A stretch of DNA of 64,000 nucleotides, taken from IMG/VR virus record IMGVR_UViG_3300021961_008712, positions 64,001 through 128,000 of that record; one strand, 5' to 3'. This document shows positions 20,101-29,764 of this stretch, piece after piece; within the stretch, counting starts at the first letter, position 1, and the number at the start of each line of letters is the position of its first letter. This stretch comes from a virus. The position numbers were made by a program, and so were the translations under genes. The notes beneath the pieces were generated by a model. It saw only the letters and a program-made list of their open reading frames with translations. It did no database searches and was not told where the DNA came from.

Positions 20101-21447
20101 AATAAAATCAAGAAAAATGCAGCTGCTGTAGTAGCCTACTCAAAAGGTATGGCTGCATTAGGTGCAGCAGGAATAGCTAGCGCCGTCGGTTCGTTAGGTA
20201 GTATGTTTAGCTCTTTATTTGATGCAGCAGTTGGGAAATCACAGCTAGATAAAGTTAAAGAGTTCGGTTCAATAGAACTACCAGTTGAAGCTATCAAGAA
20301 TAACGCCAATGCTTTAGTAGCGTACATGAAAGGTATGGCTGCATTAGGTGTAGCAGGAGTAGCTAGTGCTCTCGGTTCGTTAGGTAGTATGTTTAGCTCT
20401 TTATTTGATTCAATGGCTGGTAAATCACAGCTAGATAAGGTCAAAGAATTCGGTTCAGTAATACTGCCAACTGAAGCTATCAAGAATAACGCTGAAGCTT
20501 CTGTAGAGTACGCAAAGGCTATGCTAGCACTAGCAGCTTCAGGTGGAGCAGGAATGTTAGGTTCTTTAGGTAACTTAGGAAGTACCTTATTAGACGGTAT
20601 CAATGGTTTCTTTGGTGGAGAAGATCCTCTAACCAAGAACATACGTAAAATGAAGGAGTTTGGTAAAATTCAACTTGACGCCGGTCCAATTAAAGCAAAC
20701 GCAGAAGCAGTGGCTGCTTATGCTACTGCAATGGCTGCCTTGGCAAAAGCTCAAGGAGCAGGAGCATTAGGTTCTTTAGCAGAGGTGGGCAGTGCAGTAT
20801 TTGACGGAATTAAGAGCTTTTTTGGAGGTGGAGATTCCGGTAATGATACTATACCGGTTGATAAAATGATTGAATTTGGTAAGTTGCCACTAGCTCAACA
20901 TGCTGATGCTATTAAGGCAAATGCCGAAACTATTTCTAAATTTGGAACTGCAATGTCGTCAATGGAGGATTTTGATGACTATGCAGATGATATGGAAGAT
21001 GGAATAGATGATGCGATATCTGCAGCTAAGAAGTTGAGTAAGATGAAGGAAATAGATCTTGCAGGGGTTGCTTCATTAAAAAGAGCAGTAACTAAATACT
21101 TAAAACCTTTAGCAGATATAGATTTAGATGGACTACCGGGTAATGCTCGAGCAGCTCAAAGATTTGCCCGTGCTATGGCAACAGGAACTATACAGGCACG
21201 ACTGGAAATAGACACCTTCTTTAAGACAGAAATTGATGTACTTAAAAAAGAAATAGTCGACACCAGCAATAATGAGGTTACCGAACTTAGAAATATGATG
21301 GTAGCGAATGATGATATGCATAAAAAAGAACTAAAGGAATTGAAAGCTCAGTCAATGCTACTTTACAAGTATATTGCACAACCGCAAAATACAACTATTA
21401 GGCTAGATACATTTGATGTGGGAATGGCACTCAGAAATGGCCTATAA
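17167..21447 (+). CDS. Tail tape measure protein
   Basis: 1426 aa, Ala/Gly/Lys-rich helical sequence with internal repeats, directly after the chaperone genes. Confidence 0.85.
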   Translation: MADEFDIPSGDAAGSKARKKQLDDLRKSAVDAQAEIKTLAQEFKELEKSAKEIGVKQYVTSAEVGKVSKLQDAMSKMTVDTLKSASARKSFMNDIVKAEQEEAALMQKRKAIGLEISKLEQDAARKEQEARNIIKEATKEYQEALEKGNKKAITSAEQKLKAAEAQAKYAQLDIADSKTAISNLKGQAHLVDERVKHQKESIEKAKEFHKEIDKINKAGGKTLQAFAKLGETLSSTLPILGGAFNTLFGSLGKAAEMYQTAAAQGTSKLGAGLKAATGMVKLLSVAMATGFIKLLFDGAKLASEIGVEVRKGLGGGMIDAGKSIAAVGQAAGALSIPIQQAAAFVGQMNDALGTSAGFSGKILTTFGTLTTKMGVSAEAAANLYGMAAKSNQEFGEMVELIGGTTEKLNASNKAAIAPKAVFEEMGKLSQEILFNNSKNPNALIKAAYGARLMGMELNRVAEAAESTLDFEGSLQKEMEAELILGKQLNLDRYRAAAATGDTVTAQKELSKAIAENKDKLKGNVQAQKLFAEAYGVSKEEVAKAVNMTEKQQKIAKQDAARKEANDKAAKMRAEDLGKAQLKVYQTVAKLSDRIQAFQDAMALGAKAFFDDLKAAFDPKNIGASIGRIKDLIVKTFRDAFKGANKGILANGGILGKLLGAGAIAGGTITLGIKGLSALGGMFSKMRGTRMMPMWVKNVGDKAAGMLGGLFGRKKPPPLPGAAKTTGMFAGVLGKFSKVGDKFGKVGDTLKDKLLGKKIGGQFIKGGGRAAAGARAGFFGKGGLGAGAAGLGAGIKQRLGDSVGGLKDKLKGGVGGLFGGKKKGDKTQEAAASGGGDGKSVMPPGVDDKSGGILKGFAMGLKAFGSGAAQILIGAAVLGGVIITLAAAIGIGGLILASMMPKIVKGMKPIEEIDAAKMTKGGLSLVAVGAGFAALGVGMAAMAVGGLFGAIGGLFGGGGGLDEETMSKIEDFEKYNLDDNKIKKNAAAVVAYSKGMAALGAAGIASAVGSLGSMFSSLFDAAVGKSQLDKVKEFGSIELPVEAIKNNANALVAYMKGMAALGVAGVASALGSLGSMFSSLFDSMAGKSQLDKVKEFGSVILPTEAIKNNAEASVEYAKAMLALAASGGAGMLGSLGNLGSTLLDGINGFFGGEDPLTKNIRKMKEFGKIQLDAGPIKANAEAVAAYATAMAALAKAQGAGALGSLAEVGSAVFDGIKSFFGGGDSGNDTIPVDKMIEFGKLPLAQHADAIKANAETISKFGTAMSSMEDFDDYADDMEDGIDDAISAAKKLSKMKEIDLAGVASLKRAVTKYLKPLADIDLDGLPGNARAAQRFARAMATGTIQARLEIDTFFKTEIDVLKKEIVDTSNNEVTELRNMMVANDDMHKKELKELKAQSMLLYKYIAQPQNTTIRLDTFDVGMALRNGL
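20149..20495 (+). repeat. 186-bp (62-aa) tandem duplication within the tape measure gene
   Basis: ATGGCTGCATTAGGTG...GGTTCGTTAGGTAGTATGTTTAGCTCTTTATTTGAT...AAATCACAGCTAGATAA starts at both 20149 and 20335; more diverged copies flank it. Confidence 0.85.
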
Positions 21448-21492
21448 AACAGACTATTTATAACAAACATTAACCTTAAAACTAAAACAATT

Positions 21493-21717
21493 ATGCCACT
21501 TAAAGACTTAGTAACTCAAAGCACATTATCGTTAAAAGGTGAAACTCCTGCAGTAAGACCTGGAGCAGAAGCTATAAATGATTTACACTTTGTTGGAGGA
21601 AATCACGTACATTCAGATGCTAATAAGCCAATGACTCAGTTAGGAACTGCAGCAGGTACTTTACAAGGATCTAAATTTAATCAGACTACTCCTTACGCAA
21701 ACCCAGAAGTACAATAA
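21493..21717 (+). CDS. Small hypothetical (probable virion) protein
   Basis: 74-aa ORF after a TATTTAT motif in the tail module. Confidence 0.55.
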   Translation: MPLKDLVTQSTLSLKGETPAVRPGAEAINDLHFVGGNHVHSDANKPMTQLGTAAGTLQGSKFNQTTPYANPEVQ

Positions 21718-21720
21718 AAA

Positions 21721-23004
21721 ATGGCATTAGTAGACCTTAAAACAGATCTTAAATCTTTAAAGTTCGAATCAGGTTTAAATAATAAACCATTCGTTGTTAA
21801 AGATATAGATGAAGAAGGCGGCGCTAACTCAATGTTAGCCGTACAAGGCATTCTCGCTAGTAAGCGATTGGATGACACTATACGTATGGCTAAATTAGTT
21901 ATAGCAAAACCGGGTCTATCTCATGTCGCAAAACAAGCAATAAACGCTTTTATCAATTCTGCTGATACAAAAGCACAGTACGAAGGTGGAAACTTCAAGT
22001 TAGGAAAAGAACTAATAGATAAAGCTTTAGACTTACTTACTACTGCTGTAACTAATATTGGACAGACTCCTTTAAATGGACTAGGACTACATTTACATAA
22101 AGGTAACTTAGAATTTAAAGGAGATGCATATAGAGATTATACTAAAAGAGAATTTGGAGGAAAAACCTTTGACCACAAAGGTAGGATGATAACACAAGGG
22201 CATTCTACTAATATTGCTGCAGGTGTTAAAAAGACTAAAAAAATACCTTTAAACGAGGTCGGTGATGCAGCAAATCAAGGTAAAATAAACTACAAGCATA
22301 AATCAGCAGATTTTAACACACTTGATGGACTTGGCTCAGAAGGATATGTTCGCAAAACAGTTCCCGGTGGAGATAGTGATAAAATCAAAGATCTAGTTGA
22401 TTTTAAAATATACGTATATGATCAAGGAAATACAGAAGAAGCAGCATTAATACAGTTTAGAGCTTTATTAGATAGCTTTAGTGATAACTTTACTGCTAAC
22501 TGGAACTCAAGTCAGCTTATAGGTAGACCAGAATCTTTTGTTAACTATACTGGATTTGGTAGAAACGTAAGTATTGGATTTAAAATAGCAGCTTTTAGTA
22601 GAGCTGAATTAATGCCTTTATATGCTAAACTTAACTATCTAGTATCCACAACCGCTCCAACTTTCTCAGATGATGGACTCTTCATGAGAGGTACTTTAGT
22701 TAGGATAACTTTAGGAGATTACCTAGATAAAGCATGGGCTAATATAGGTACTATAGGGCTTAACTGGCAAACAAACTATCCTTGGGAAATCAGACTAGAC
22801 GATGGAAAAGAAAAAGACATAATGGTTCTACCCCATGTTCTCGATGTTACTTTATCGGCCGATATTCATCATGATTTTATTCCTCAAACCGGGTATATGC
22901 CGTATATAGGATTAAATAATCAAAAGTTTTTACCTTATGATGGTAAAGGTCCAACTAAAAAAGCAGGAGAATCAATGTCTTCCTTTGACAACATTACAGG
23001 CTAA
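21721..23004 (+). CDS. Baseplate/tail-tube-initiator-like structural protein
   Basis: C-terminal FRALLDSFSDNFTANW...GRPE...YTGFGRNVSIGFKI tube-like fold, plus module position. Confidence 0.55.
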   Translation: MALVDLKTDLKSLKFESGLNNKPFVVKDIDEEGGANSMLAVQGILASKRLDDTIRMAKLVIAKPGLSHVAKQAINAFINSADTKAQYEGGNFKLGKELIDKALDLLTTAVTNIGQTPLNGLGLHLHKGNLEFKGDAYRDYTKREFGGKTFDHKGRMITQGHSTNIAAGVKKTKKIPLNEVGDAANQGKINYKHKSADFNTLDGLGSEGYVRKTVPGGDSDKIKDLVDFKIYVYDQGNTEEAALIQFRALLDSFSDNFTANWNSSQLIGRPESFVNYTGFGRNVSIGFKIAAFSRAELMPLYAKLNYLVSTTAPTFSDDGLFMRGTLVRITLGDYLDKAWANIGTIGLNWQTNYPWEIRLDDGKEKDIMVLPHVLDVTLSADIHHDFIPQTGYMPYIGLNNQKFLPYDGKGPTKKAGESMSSFDNITG

Positions 23005-23309
23005 TGAACAGATATCAAACAATATTGAAAAATAAAACCGAAGAGGGTAAAAGATATATACAAAATGCTATATATCCGGATATACCTGAATCTGTTGAGG
23101 ATATATATGTTATTACCACTGTAGGAGATAGATACGATACTTTAGCTCAACAGTTCTACAGAGATTCATCTCTCTGGTGGATTATTGCAAGTGCTAATCC
23201 TAGCAACAAAAGCGATAGCCTGGTACCTACCCCAGGATTACAATTAAGAATTCCTGGAAACCATACTAGCATACTTAGAGATTATGAGATTATAAACAAT
23301 AAAAGGTAG
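23004..23309 (+). CDS. LysM-like baseplate/tail protein
   Basis: GDRYDTLAQQFYRDSSLWWIIASAN...GLQLRIP. Confidence 0.8.
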   Translation: MNRYQTILKNKTEEGKRYIQNAIYPDIPESVEDIYVITTVGDRYDTLAQQFYRDSSLWWIIASANPSNKSDSLVPTPGLQLRIPGNHTSILRDYEIINNKR

Positions 23310-23312
23310 GTT

Positions 23313-25442
23313 ATGTCAAATATATTTTTACAACCCTCTTTACCCTCCATTTCTACAATCAATAAAGAGGTAATTCAGCAGTTAAATTATAGAAGCAAAC
23401 TTTATTCTAAGCAGTTTGACCAACCCCATTTTACTCAGCAATTTTTAAATTCTAATAATGCGTGGGTAAGGGTAGTATCTGGAGTTGATCTTGATCAAGA
23501 ACCTGATGCGTGGAAAAAATTTATTCTCCAAGGAGGTACATTAGATCAAGAAGGTGCCAAATTAAGAGCAGGGTTTGATACAACTCGACCTTATGACATT
23601 AGCCCTTCTACATTTTATAATTTTGAAGAAAATGAAGGATTAGTTCCTTCACCAGGTATTACTAGCTTTCAAGTAGTCAATAAAGGCTCTGGAGGATGGT
23701 CTAGAAAAGTTTCTCTTACCATAAAATGCTATTCTAGAGAACAGTTAGCATTTATGGAACAGCTATACATGAGACCAGGGTTTCCTGTTTTTGTTGAATG
23801 GGGACATTCAGTATACCTAGACATTGATGGAAAACCGGTATTTAATCCGGCATTGAGTACTAAAGTACTAGAAGCTAAACCAAAACCATCTGAATTAAAA
23901 GAAGAGGCAGGATCACTAGTTAGTAAGAGTGGGTATAATTATGATTATTTAAGTGGAGTAGTATTTAATTACAATTGGAAGTATGAACCCGGATACTATG
24001 AGCTAGCTGTTGATATTATGGGCGAAGGAGATGCATCTGCGTTAGTTAAGTCTGTGTATGGAACGGGAGGAAAAAAACCAAGTGAAAACCAAGAAGGAGT
24101 CGGAATTGAATTTGATGAAAAATTAATAGCAACTAATCCCCTAAGTGGTATTTTTAAAGCTATCAGTAATTGTGTTAAGCCTAAATTAGATCAAGGATTT
24201 AAACCGTATTTAATTAAAGAAGATAGTTTAAATAAAGCAATAAGGCCTTTTAAGTCTGATATAGATAAAATAGTAGAACAGATCGGTAATGGTTTTAAAC
24301 TTGAAGCGTACTGCTTACCAGTTACTTCAAAAGCATTAGAAGTAGAGTTTGTATATGTAAAATTAAAGTTTTTAATAGGGCTTATAAACTACTACTTTAT
24401 TCCTAAGTTGAACGGAGATTCAGCACCTACTGGTAAATTTACCACAGATGCAGATAGATGTTACTATGTTACATACCCGGATCATTTTAGTGCTGATATT
24501 TCAACTTGTCTTCTACCTCAACAGACCGGAACAGTAGGAATAGACACAAAAGATCTCCCAGGTAAAAGAGAAAAGCTAGCAGGTGATATTTTAGACATTT
24601 ATGTAAATGTAAGTACAGTACACTCCCTGTACAATGAAATGAAATCACAGTCTAACGACACAGAAAAATTTACAATTGATGCATTTTTATCAAATCTTTT
24701 ATCGAAAATTCAAGTATCACTTGGCAATGTTAATAATTTTCAACTATATAATGATTATTACCTAAAAAATGAATTAGGTCCAAGTTCAATTGTAGACATG
24801 GAAGCCGTGCCCGCACCAGAAGGTAATGATCCAGAGAACTACACCTTACCGGTAGCAGGAAAAAATTCTATGGTTTCTAGTTTTAGTATTAACAGTCAGC
24901 TTAGTAAAAATATGATTGATTATATAGCTGCTCAAGCAATAATAACTGGACAGTCTGCAGCAAGAGGCGTTGGGGATTCAATGAGTAGATTCAACTCAGG
25001 AGTGAAAAAAAGATTTATAGAATCTACTGATGATACTAAATCTGGTGATGATGTTACAGCAGAAAAAACATATAGTGAAACTTTAGCTGATTATAAGAAA
25101 ATATGGACAGATATGATGGCTAAGGGCTCTATTGATGAAGATACCTTTACAGCCATGACCGAAGAAGCTAGTTATTACATACAGTATGAATTAGCAAAAG
25201 CAATATCAGAGGAAGGAGAAGACGGAAAAAAGAAAGGACATATCGGAGCAAATCTTTCAATAGAATTACTTGGTATTGGTGGACTTAAAGTTCTTGAATT
25301 TTTTAACATACCTGCTGAACTGTTACCTTATAGTTATAAAGAAGCAGGAGTAGCATTCCAAATTATAAACATATCTCATGATATACAAAATGGTAAATGG
25401 TTAACTAAGATAGAAGCTAGAGCAATAATTTTAGGAAAGTAA
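23313..25442 (+). CDS. Baseplate hub-like structural protein
   Basis: PSPGITSF, LYMRPGFPVFVEWG, and C-terminal LGIGGLK..FQIINISHDIQNGKWLTKIE; follows the LysM gene. Confidence 0.55.
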   Translation: MSNIFLQPSLPSISTINKEVIQQLNYRSKLYSKQFDQPHFTQQFLNSNNAWVRVVSGVDLDQEPDAWKKFILQGGTLDQEGAKLRAGFDTTRPYDISPSTFYNFEENEGLVPSPGITSFQVVNKGSGGWSRKVSLTIKCYSREQLAFMEQLYMRPGFPVFVEWGHSVYLDIDGKPVFNPALSTKVLEAKPKPSELKEEAGSLVSKSGYNYDYLSGVVFNYNWKYEPGYYELAVDIMGEGDASALVKSVYGTGGKKPSENQEGVGIEFDEKLIATNPLSGIFKAISNCVKPKLDQGFKPYLIKEDSLNKAIRPFKSDIDKIVEQIGNGFKLEAYCLPVTSKALEVEFVYVKLKFLIGLINYYFIPKLNGDSAPTGKFTTDADRCYYVTYPDHFSADISTCLLPQQTGTVGIDTKDLPGKREKLAGDILDIYVNVSTVHSLYNEMKSQSNDTEKFTIDAFLSNLLSKIQVSLGNVNNFQLYNDYYLKNELGPSSIVDMEAVPAPEGNDPENYTLPVAGKNSMVSSFSINSQLSKNMIDYIAAQAIITGQSAARGVGDSMSRFNSGVKKRFIESTDDTKSGDDVTAEKTYSETLADYKKIWTDMMAKGSIDEDTFTAMTEEASYYIQYELAKAISEEGEDGKKKGHIGANLSIELLGIGGLKVLEFFNIPAELLPYSYKEAGVAFQIINISHDIQNGKWLTKIEARAIILGK

Positions 25443-25443
25443 T

Positions 25444-25977
25444 ATGTTTTTACCTAAATCTAAATATAAAGGACCCTTTACCGCCACTGGTGGTGATAAT
25501 GAACTATTGGTTAAAGATACTCTACAGCCATATAGAGGAAAGTATATTGTTACTTACAAAAACCAATACTTTGAAGGCGAAACACCTCAAGAAGCTAAGA
25601 AAGAATTAATCTTTAAAAAAGATTATGAACAATCTCTAAAGCAAGACAATAACCTTAGACCATTAGTAGCCTTCAATGAAGGACCATCAGAAAGCGATTA
25701 TAAAAATAAAAAATATACAAGATATTTTGTAAAAGACTTGCGTAAGGGTAAGATACTGGAGGTTAACCTTAAAGAATTCAACACTGCCAAAGAATACCCA
25801 GCATATTCTGTACTTCAGTTAGTTTGGGATCTATCTAAACCTGCAGATGATACAATGTACAGAGGATATCTATACATCGGTTCTGCTACCAAAAATCAGA
25901 ATACTATAAACGAATCAGAAAAAGTAATGAAAGGTATAAAAAATTACCTAAAAGACCCAAAAGAGTTTGTCCTTTAA
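25444..25977 (+). CDS. Hypothetical (probable virion) protein
   Basis: 177-aa ORF closing the tail module. Confidence 0.55.
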   Translation: MFLPKSKYKGPFTATGGDNELLVKDTLQPYRGKYIVTYKNQYFEGETPQEAKKELIFKKDYEQSLKQDNNLRPLVAFNEGPSESDYKNKKYTRYFVKDLRKGKILEVNLKEFNTAKEYPAYSVLQLVWDLSKPADDTMYRGYLYIGSATKNQNTINESEKVMKGIKNYLKDPKEFVL

Positions 25978-26020
25978 CTTTTTGTGCGTATATTAGTATA
26001 AAGTAAAAGGTTTTACAAAA

Positions 26021-27346
26021 GTGTTTTATATAGTTGAACAAGAAGATAAGTTAGAAAGATTAGAAAGGCTAGTTAGGCTTGGATGTTATGTTGATATAAT
26101 AAAGTCAAATAACAACTACCACTCAAAGCTTTCCTCTTTAGTTGCCGTATATATCAGATTGATAGGTTCAAAGAACGGCTACATCATTCCAATAAATCAT
26201 AGTGAAGGCTTAAACGTAGAAAAAGAACGTGTCTTAGCACTTCTAAGTAAGGCTACTAAACTATATACATTAGATAAGAAAGACTTACTCTACTACTTTA
26301 ATCTACAGGGAGCAACAGATTTATCCTTACTTTATAGCATGGTTAAGTATGACCGGCTAGAATATGTTCGTGAATCTAATAAGATTAATCACTTTTACAA
26401 TAAACATAGGAATTTTTCTGAAGTAAATAAGATTATTCCTATTAGTATTCTATACGGTAATTGTGAAAACATTTACAGTCAGGTAGAAAAAGTAATTGAG
26501 TACGAAGTTCCAAAAGGATTTGAATTTTATAATACAACTGCAACGAATGTTTTTTACCTTTTAGAACAAGATGGATTAGGGGTGTACTATGACGCATTTG
26601 TAAATCTTTTTACTCCTAAAGATCCTTTAAATAATATTAAAGATAATACAGTATATACCTCTTATAATTTATACAATGCTACATCTCGCCCTACTAACGC
26701 TTTCAATTCTGTTAATTTTGCTGCTATTCCAAAAACAGCAGAACACAGAAAATGTTTCCGACCGCAAGGAGATTACTTTGTGGAGTTTGATTTTGATGGC
26801 TATCATCTTAGGCTCTTATCTGAACAGATAGGTTACCCGCTAACTAACGAATCTGCTCATAAACAGTTAGCTAAACTCTATTTTGAAAAAGAAGAGATTA
26901 CTGATGAAGAATATAATCAAGCAAAACAGATTAACTTTCACGCAATTTATGGTAAAATACCCGAAAAGTTTGCTTTTTTAGAAATATTTGAAAAAATTCA
27001 AGGGTATATCGATAGCATATGGAGTGCTTATACTAATGATGGGGTGGTTTACAACCCTATCTCTAATAAGCCTTTTACAAAAGAACTAAAAGACATGCAT
27101 CCGCAGAAATTAATGAACTATATGATGCAATCTTTAGAAACATCACGAAATATTAACATACTAAAAGATGTTCTTAGATATTTAAAAGATAAAAAATCTA
27201 AAGTAGTACTTTATACTTACGATGCATTACTTTTTGACTTTTATAAAGAGGATGGTAAAGACACATTAGACGATATTGAACGAATACTAAGCGAAAACGG
27301 GAAATACCCAGTTAGATTTAAGTATTCACAAAACTTAGTTTTATAG
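26021..27346 (+). CDS. Short, divergent family-A DNA polymerase-like protein
   Basis: TSRPTN; motif A DFDGYHLRLL; motif B KQINFHAIYG; NYMMQSLE; motif C YTYDALLFD. Confidence 0.75.
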   Translation: MFYIVEQEDKLERLERLVRLGCYVDIIKSNNNYHSKLSSLVAVYIRLIGSKNGYIIPINHSEGLNVEKERVLALLSKATKLYTLDKKDLLYYFNLQGATDLSLLYSMVKYDRLEYVRESNKINHFYNKHRNFSEVNKIIPISILYGNCENIYSQVEKVIEYEVPKGFEFYNTTATNVFYLLEQDGLGVYYDAFVNLFTPKDPLNNIKDNTVYTSYNLYNATSRPTNAFNSVNFAAIPKTAEHRKCFRPQGDYFVEFDFDGYHLRLLSEQIGYPLTNESAHKQLAKLYFEKEEITDEEYNQAKQINFHAIYGKIPEKFAFLEIFEKIQGYIDSIWSAYTNDGVVYNPISNKPFTKELKDMHPQKLMNYMMQSLETSRNINILKDVLRYLKDKKSKVVLYTYDALLFDFYKEDGKDTLDDIERILSENGKYPVRFKYSQNLVL

Positions 27347-27369
27347 ATTAATAATATATTTATATGTAA

Positions 27370-27828
27370 ATGAAAACAGTTATAGAAAGTAACCGATTCG
27401 ACTATGATTTCGGGGTAACAAGTTTAAACGAAGATATGAGCAATAAACTATTCTGTACATTCTCTACTACTGATGAGTTAGAGAATACTTTAAATGAGAT
27501 ACAGGAGAGATATAGAATTATTTACAACAAAATATTTGTTTTGTACTCAAAAAGTCAAGACGAATATATCTGCACGTATAATGTAGATTATGTTAATGTT
27601 TCTAATTTTCTAGAAAATACTATATTAGTACACAGAAAAAAAGAGTCCAACACACTTTATACAATCAACGCACTTAATACACTAGTTAAGGAACTTAACA
27701 ACGGCGTCCTTGATAAGGACTTTAAGATTGACTGGAATGACTACAGAAACTGCATACTACTCACAAAAGGACCAGAACTAAAACGAATTAATACAAAACT
27801 TTTTCGTATAGTAGAGTTGGAATCCTGA
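27370..27828 (+). CDS. Hypothetical phage protein
   Basis: 152-aa ORF with NKLFCTF and HRKKESNTLYTINALN in the replication module. Confidence 0.6.
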   Translation: MKTVIESNRFDYDFGVTSLNEDMSNKLFCTFSTTDELENTLNEIQERYRIIYNKIFVLYSKSQDEYICTYNVDYVNVSNFLENTILVHRKKESNTLYTINALNTLVKELNNGVLDKDFKIDWNDYRNCILLTKGPELKRINTKLFRIVELES

Positions 27829-27846
27829 AATAATGTTCTTATATTA
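27817..27846 (+). promoter_or_regulatory. Promoter TTG-N20-TATATTA
   Basis: Conserved motif upstream of the SSB gene. Confidence 0.6.
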
Positions 27847-27884
27847 TAGAATAGACATTAACGTTATAATTTAAAATTAGTTAT

Positions 27885-28691
27885 ATGAATTTAGAAGCGA
27901 TCAAGGCTAAGCTAGACGCCTTAAACAACAACGGTCAGCAAAGAGAGAAGACTGACTATTCCGAAATCTTTTGGAAACCCGAACTGGGCAAGCAGACGAT
28001 TAGAATCGTACCATCTGCTTTTGACCCTACTTTTCCTTTCAAAGAGTTAAAATTTCACTACGGTATAGGTAAATACCCTATGGTAGCTTTATCGAATTTC
28101 GGTAAGCAAGATCCTATTGAAGAGTTTGTTAAGGAATTAAGAAAGACCAACGATAAAGACAACTGGTCTCTATCTGGTAAAATTAGTCCTAAGACTAGAA
28201 TCTTTGCTCCTGTAGTAGTTAGAGGAGAAGAAGATAAAGGTGTTAGACTGTGGGGATTCGGTATTACTATCTACAAAGCTCTTCTTGCTTTAGCTGAAGA
28301 CGAAGACGTAGGAGACTACACAGATGTTATCAATGGATGGGACCTAGTAGTTGAAATGACTCAAGGTAGCCCGTACCCTACTACTACAGTACGAATTAAA
28401 CCTAAGCAAACCCCTCTTTCAGATAATAATAACGAAGTTGATAAGTGGTTAAAAGAACAACCTAATCCTGTAGAAGCTTTTACTCAGTATGATTACGAGT
28501 TTATTAAAAAGCAATTACAAAATTATCTATCACCAGGATCTCAAGAAGATGATGCACCTGCTGCAATTCCTGGAGGTATTGATAACGAAAGTAATTCAGC
28601 ACCTGCTCCTGTTTCTAACTTTACTATGGAGACTGCTACTGCTGGGAAAAAGGACACTGTTTCACAATTTGACGACTTATTCAACGAATAA
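27885..28691 (+). CDS. Single-stranded DNA-binding protein (T4 gp32-like)
   Basis: FWKP..GKQTIRIVP, VRLWGFG, acidic tail ending FDDLFNE; lies before recA. Confidence 0.75.
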   Translation: MNLEAIKAKLDALNNNGQQREKTDYSEIFWKPELGKQTIRIVPSAFDPTFPFKELKFHYGIGKYPMVALSNFGKQDPIEEFVKELRKTNDKDNWSLSGKISPKTRIFAPVVVRGEEDKGVRLWGFGITIYKALLALAEDEDVGDYTDVINGWDLVVEMTQGSPYPTTTVRIKPKQTPLSDNNNEVDKWLKEQPNPVEAFTQYDYEFIKKQLQNYLSPGSQEDDAPAAIPGGIDNESNSAPAPVSNFTMETATAGKKDTVSQFDDLFNE

Positions 28692-29764
28692 TGGCTAAGA
28701 AAAAAGAAGAAGTAATAGAGAAGGCAACCGCTGAGGTAAGAAAGTCTTTCAATTTAGGTAATTTTAAGAAGAAAAAAGGATATTCCAATGCTTCTGTAAA
28801 ATTTAAAGAACAAGGATGGATACCTCTCTCTACTGCTTTTCAAGACATAACATCTCTTCCCGGTATTCCCACCGGACACATCACTCTCCTTCGCGGACAT
28901 AGTGATACAGGCAAGACCACTGCCTTGTTAGAAGCTGCGGTGAATGCTCAAAAAATGGGCATTCTCCCAGTCTTCATTATTACTGAGATGAAATGGTCTT
29001 GGGAACATGCTAAAGAGATGGGATTAGAGTTCAACGAAGTAACAGATACTAACGGAACTGTTACTGACTACGAAGGACATTTTCTATATGCTGATAGAGG
29101 TACTTTAAATACTATTGAAGATGTAGCAGTCTATATTGCTGATCTACTAGATGAACAAGCTAAAGGTAACCTACCTTTTGATATGTGTTTCTTCTGGGAT
29201 AGTATTGGATCAGTCCCTTGCGAGCTCTCTGTTAGATCAAATAAGAATAATAATGAGTGGAATGCTGGTGCAATGTCTACTCAATTTGGTAATAACCTAA
29301 ATCAAAAGATTTTATTATCTAGAAAGGAAAATTCTCCCTATACTAATACTATGGTTGCTATCAATAAGGTTTGGACTATGAAGCCTGAATCACCTATGGG
29401 ACAGCCTAAATTACAGAATAAAGGAGGTATGTCGATGTGGTATGATGCTACATTAGTTGTCACCTTCGGTAATATCACTAACCCAGGTACATCTAAGATT
29501 AAGGCTATCAAGAACGGTATGCAAGTAGAATTTGCTAAGCGTACTAACGTTCAAATTGAAAAGAACCATATCGGTGGAGTACAGTCACGAGGAAGAATTG
29601 TAATGACTTCTCATGGCTTTATTGCCGACGATAAACGTGCTATCGATAGATATAAAGATGAGCATAAAGACCACTGGTTGAAGTTAGTTGGAAGTCTTGA
29701 TTTTGATTTAATAGAAGAGGGAGATTTAGAAGAAGATATCATCACTCCAAATCTTCTAGACTAG
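28691..29764 (+). CDS. RecA/UvsX-like recombinase
   Basis: GIPTGHITLLRGHSDTGKTT Walker A; FFWDSIGS; INKVW; KGG; EKNH. Confidence 0.85.
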   Translation: MAKKKEEVIEKATAEVRKSFNLGNFKKKKGYSNASVKFKEQGWIPLSTAFQDITSLPGIPTGHITLLRGHSDTGKTTALLEAAVNAQKMGILPVFIITEMKWSWEHAKEMGLEFNEVTDTNGTVTDYEGHFLYADRGTLNTIEDVAVYIADLLDEQAKGNLPFDMCFFWDSIGSVPCELSVRSNKNNNEWNAGAMSTQFGNNLNQKILLSRKENSPYTNTMVAINKVWTMKPESPMGQPKLQNKGGMSMWYDATLVVTFGNITNPGTSKIKAIKNGMQVEFAKRTNVQIEKNHIGGVQSRGRIVMTSHGFIADDKRAIDRYKDEHKDHWLKLVGSLDFDLIEEGDLEEDIITPNLLD

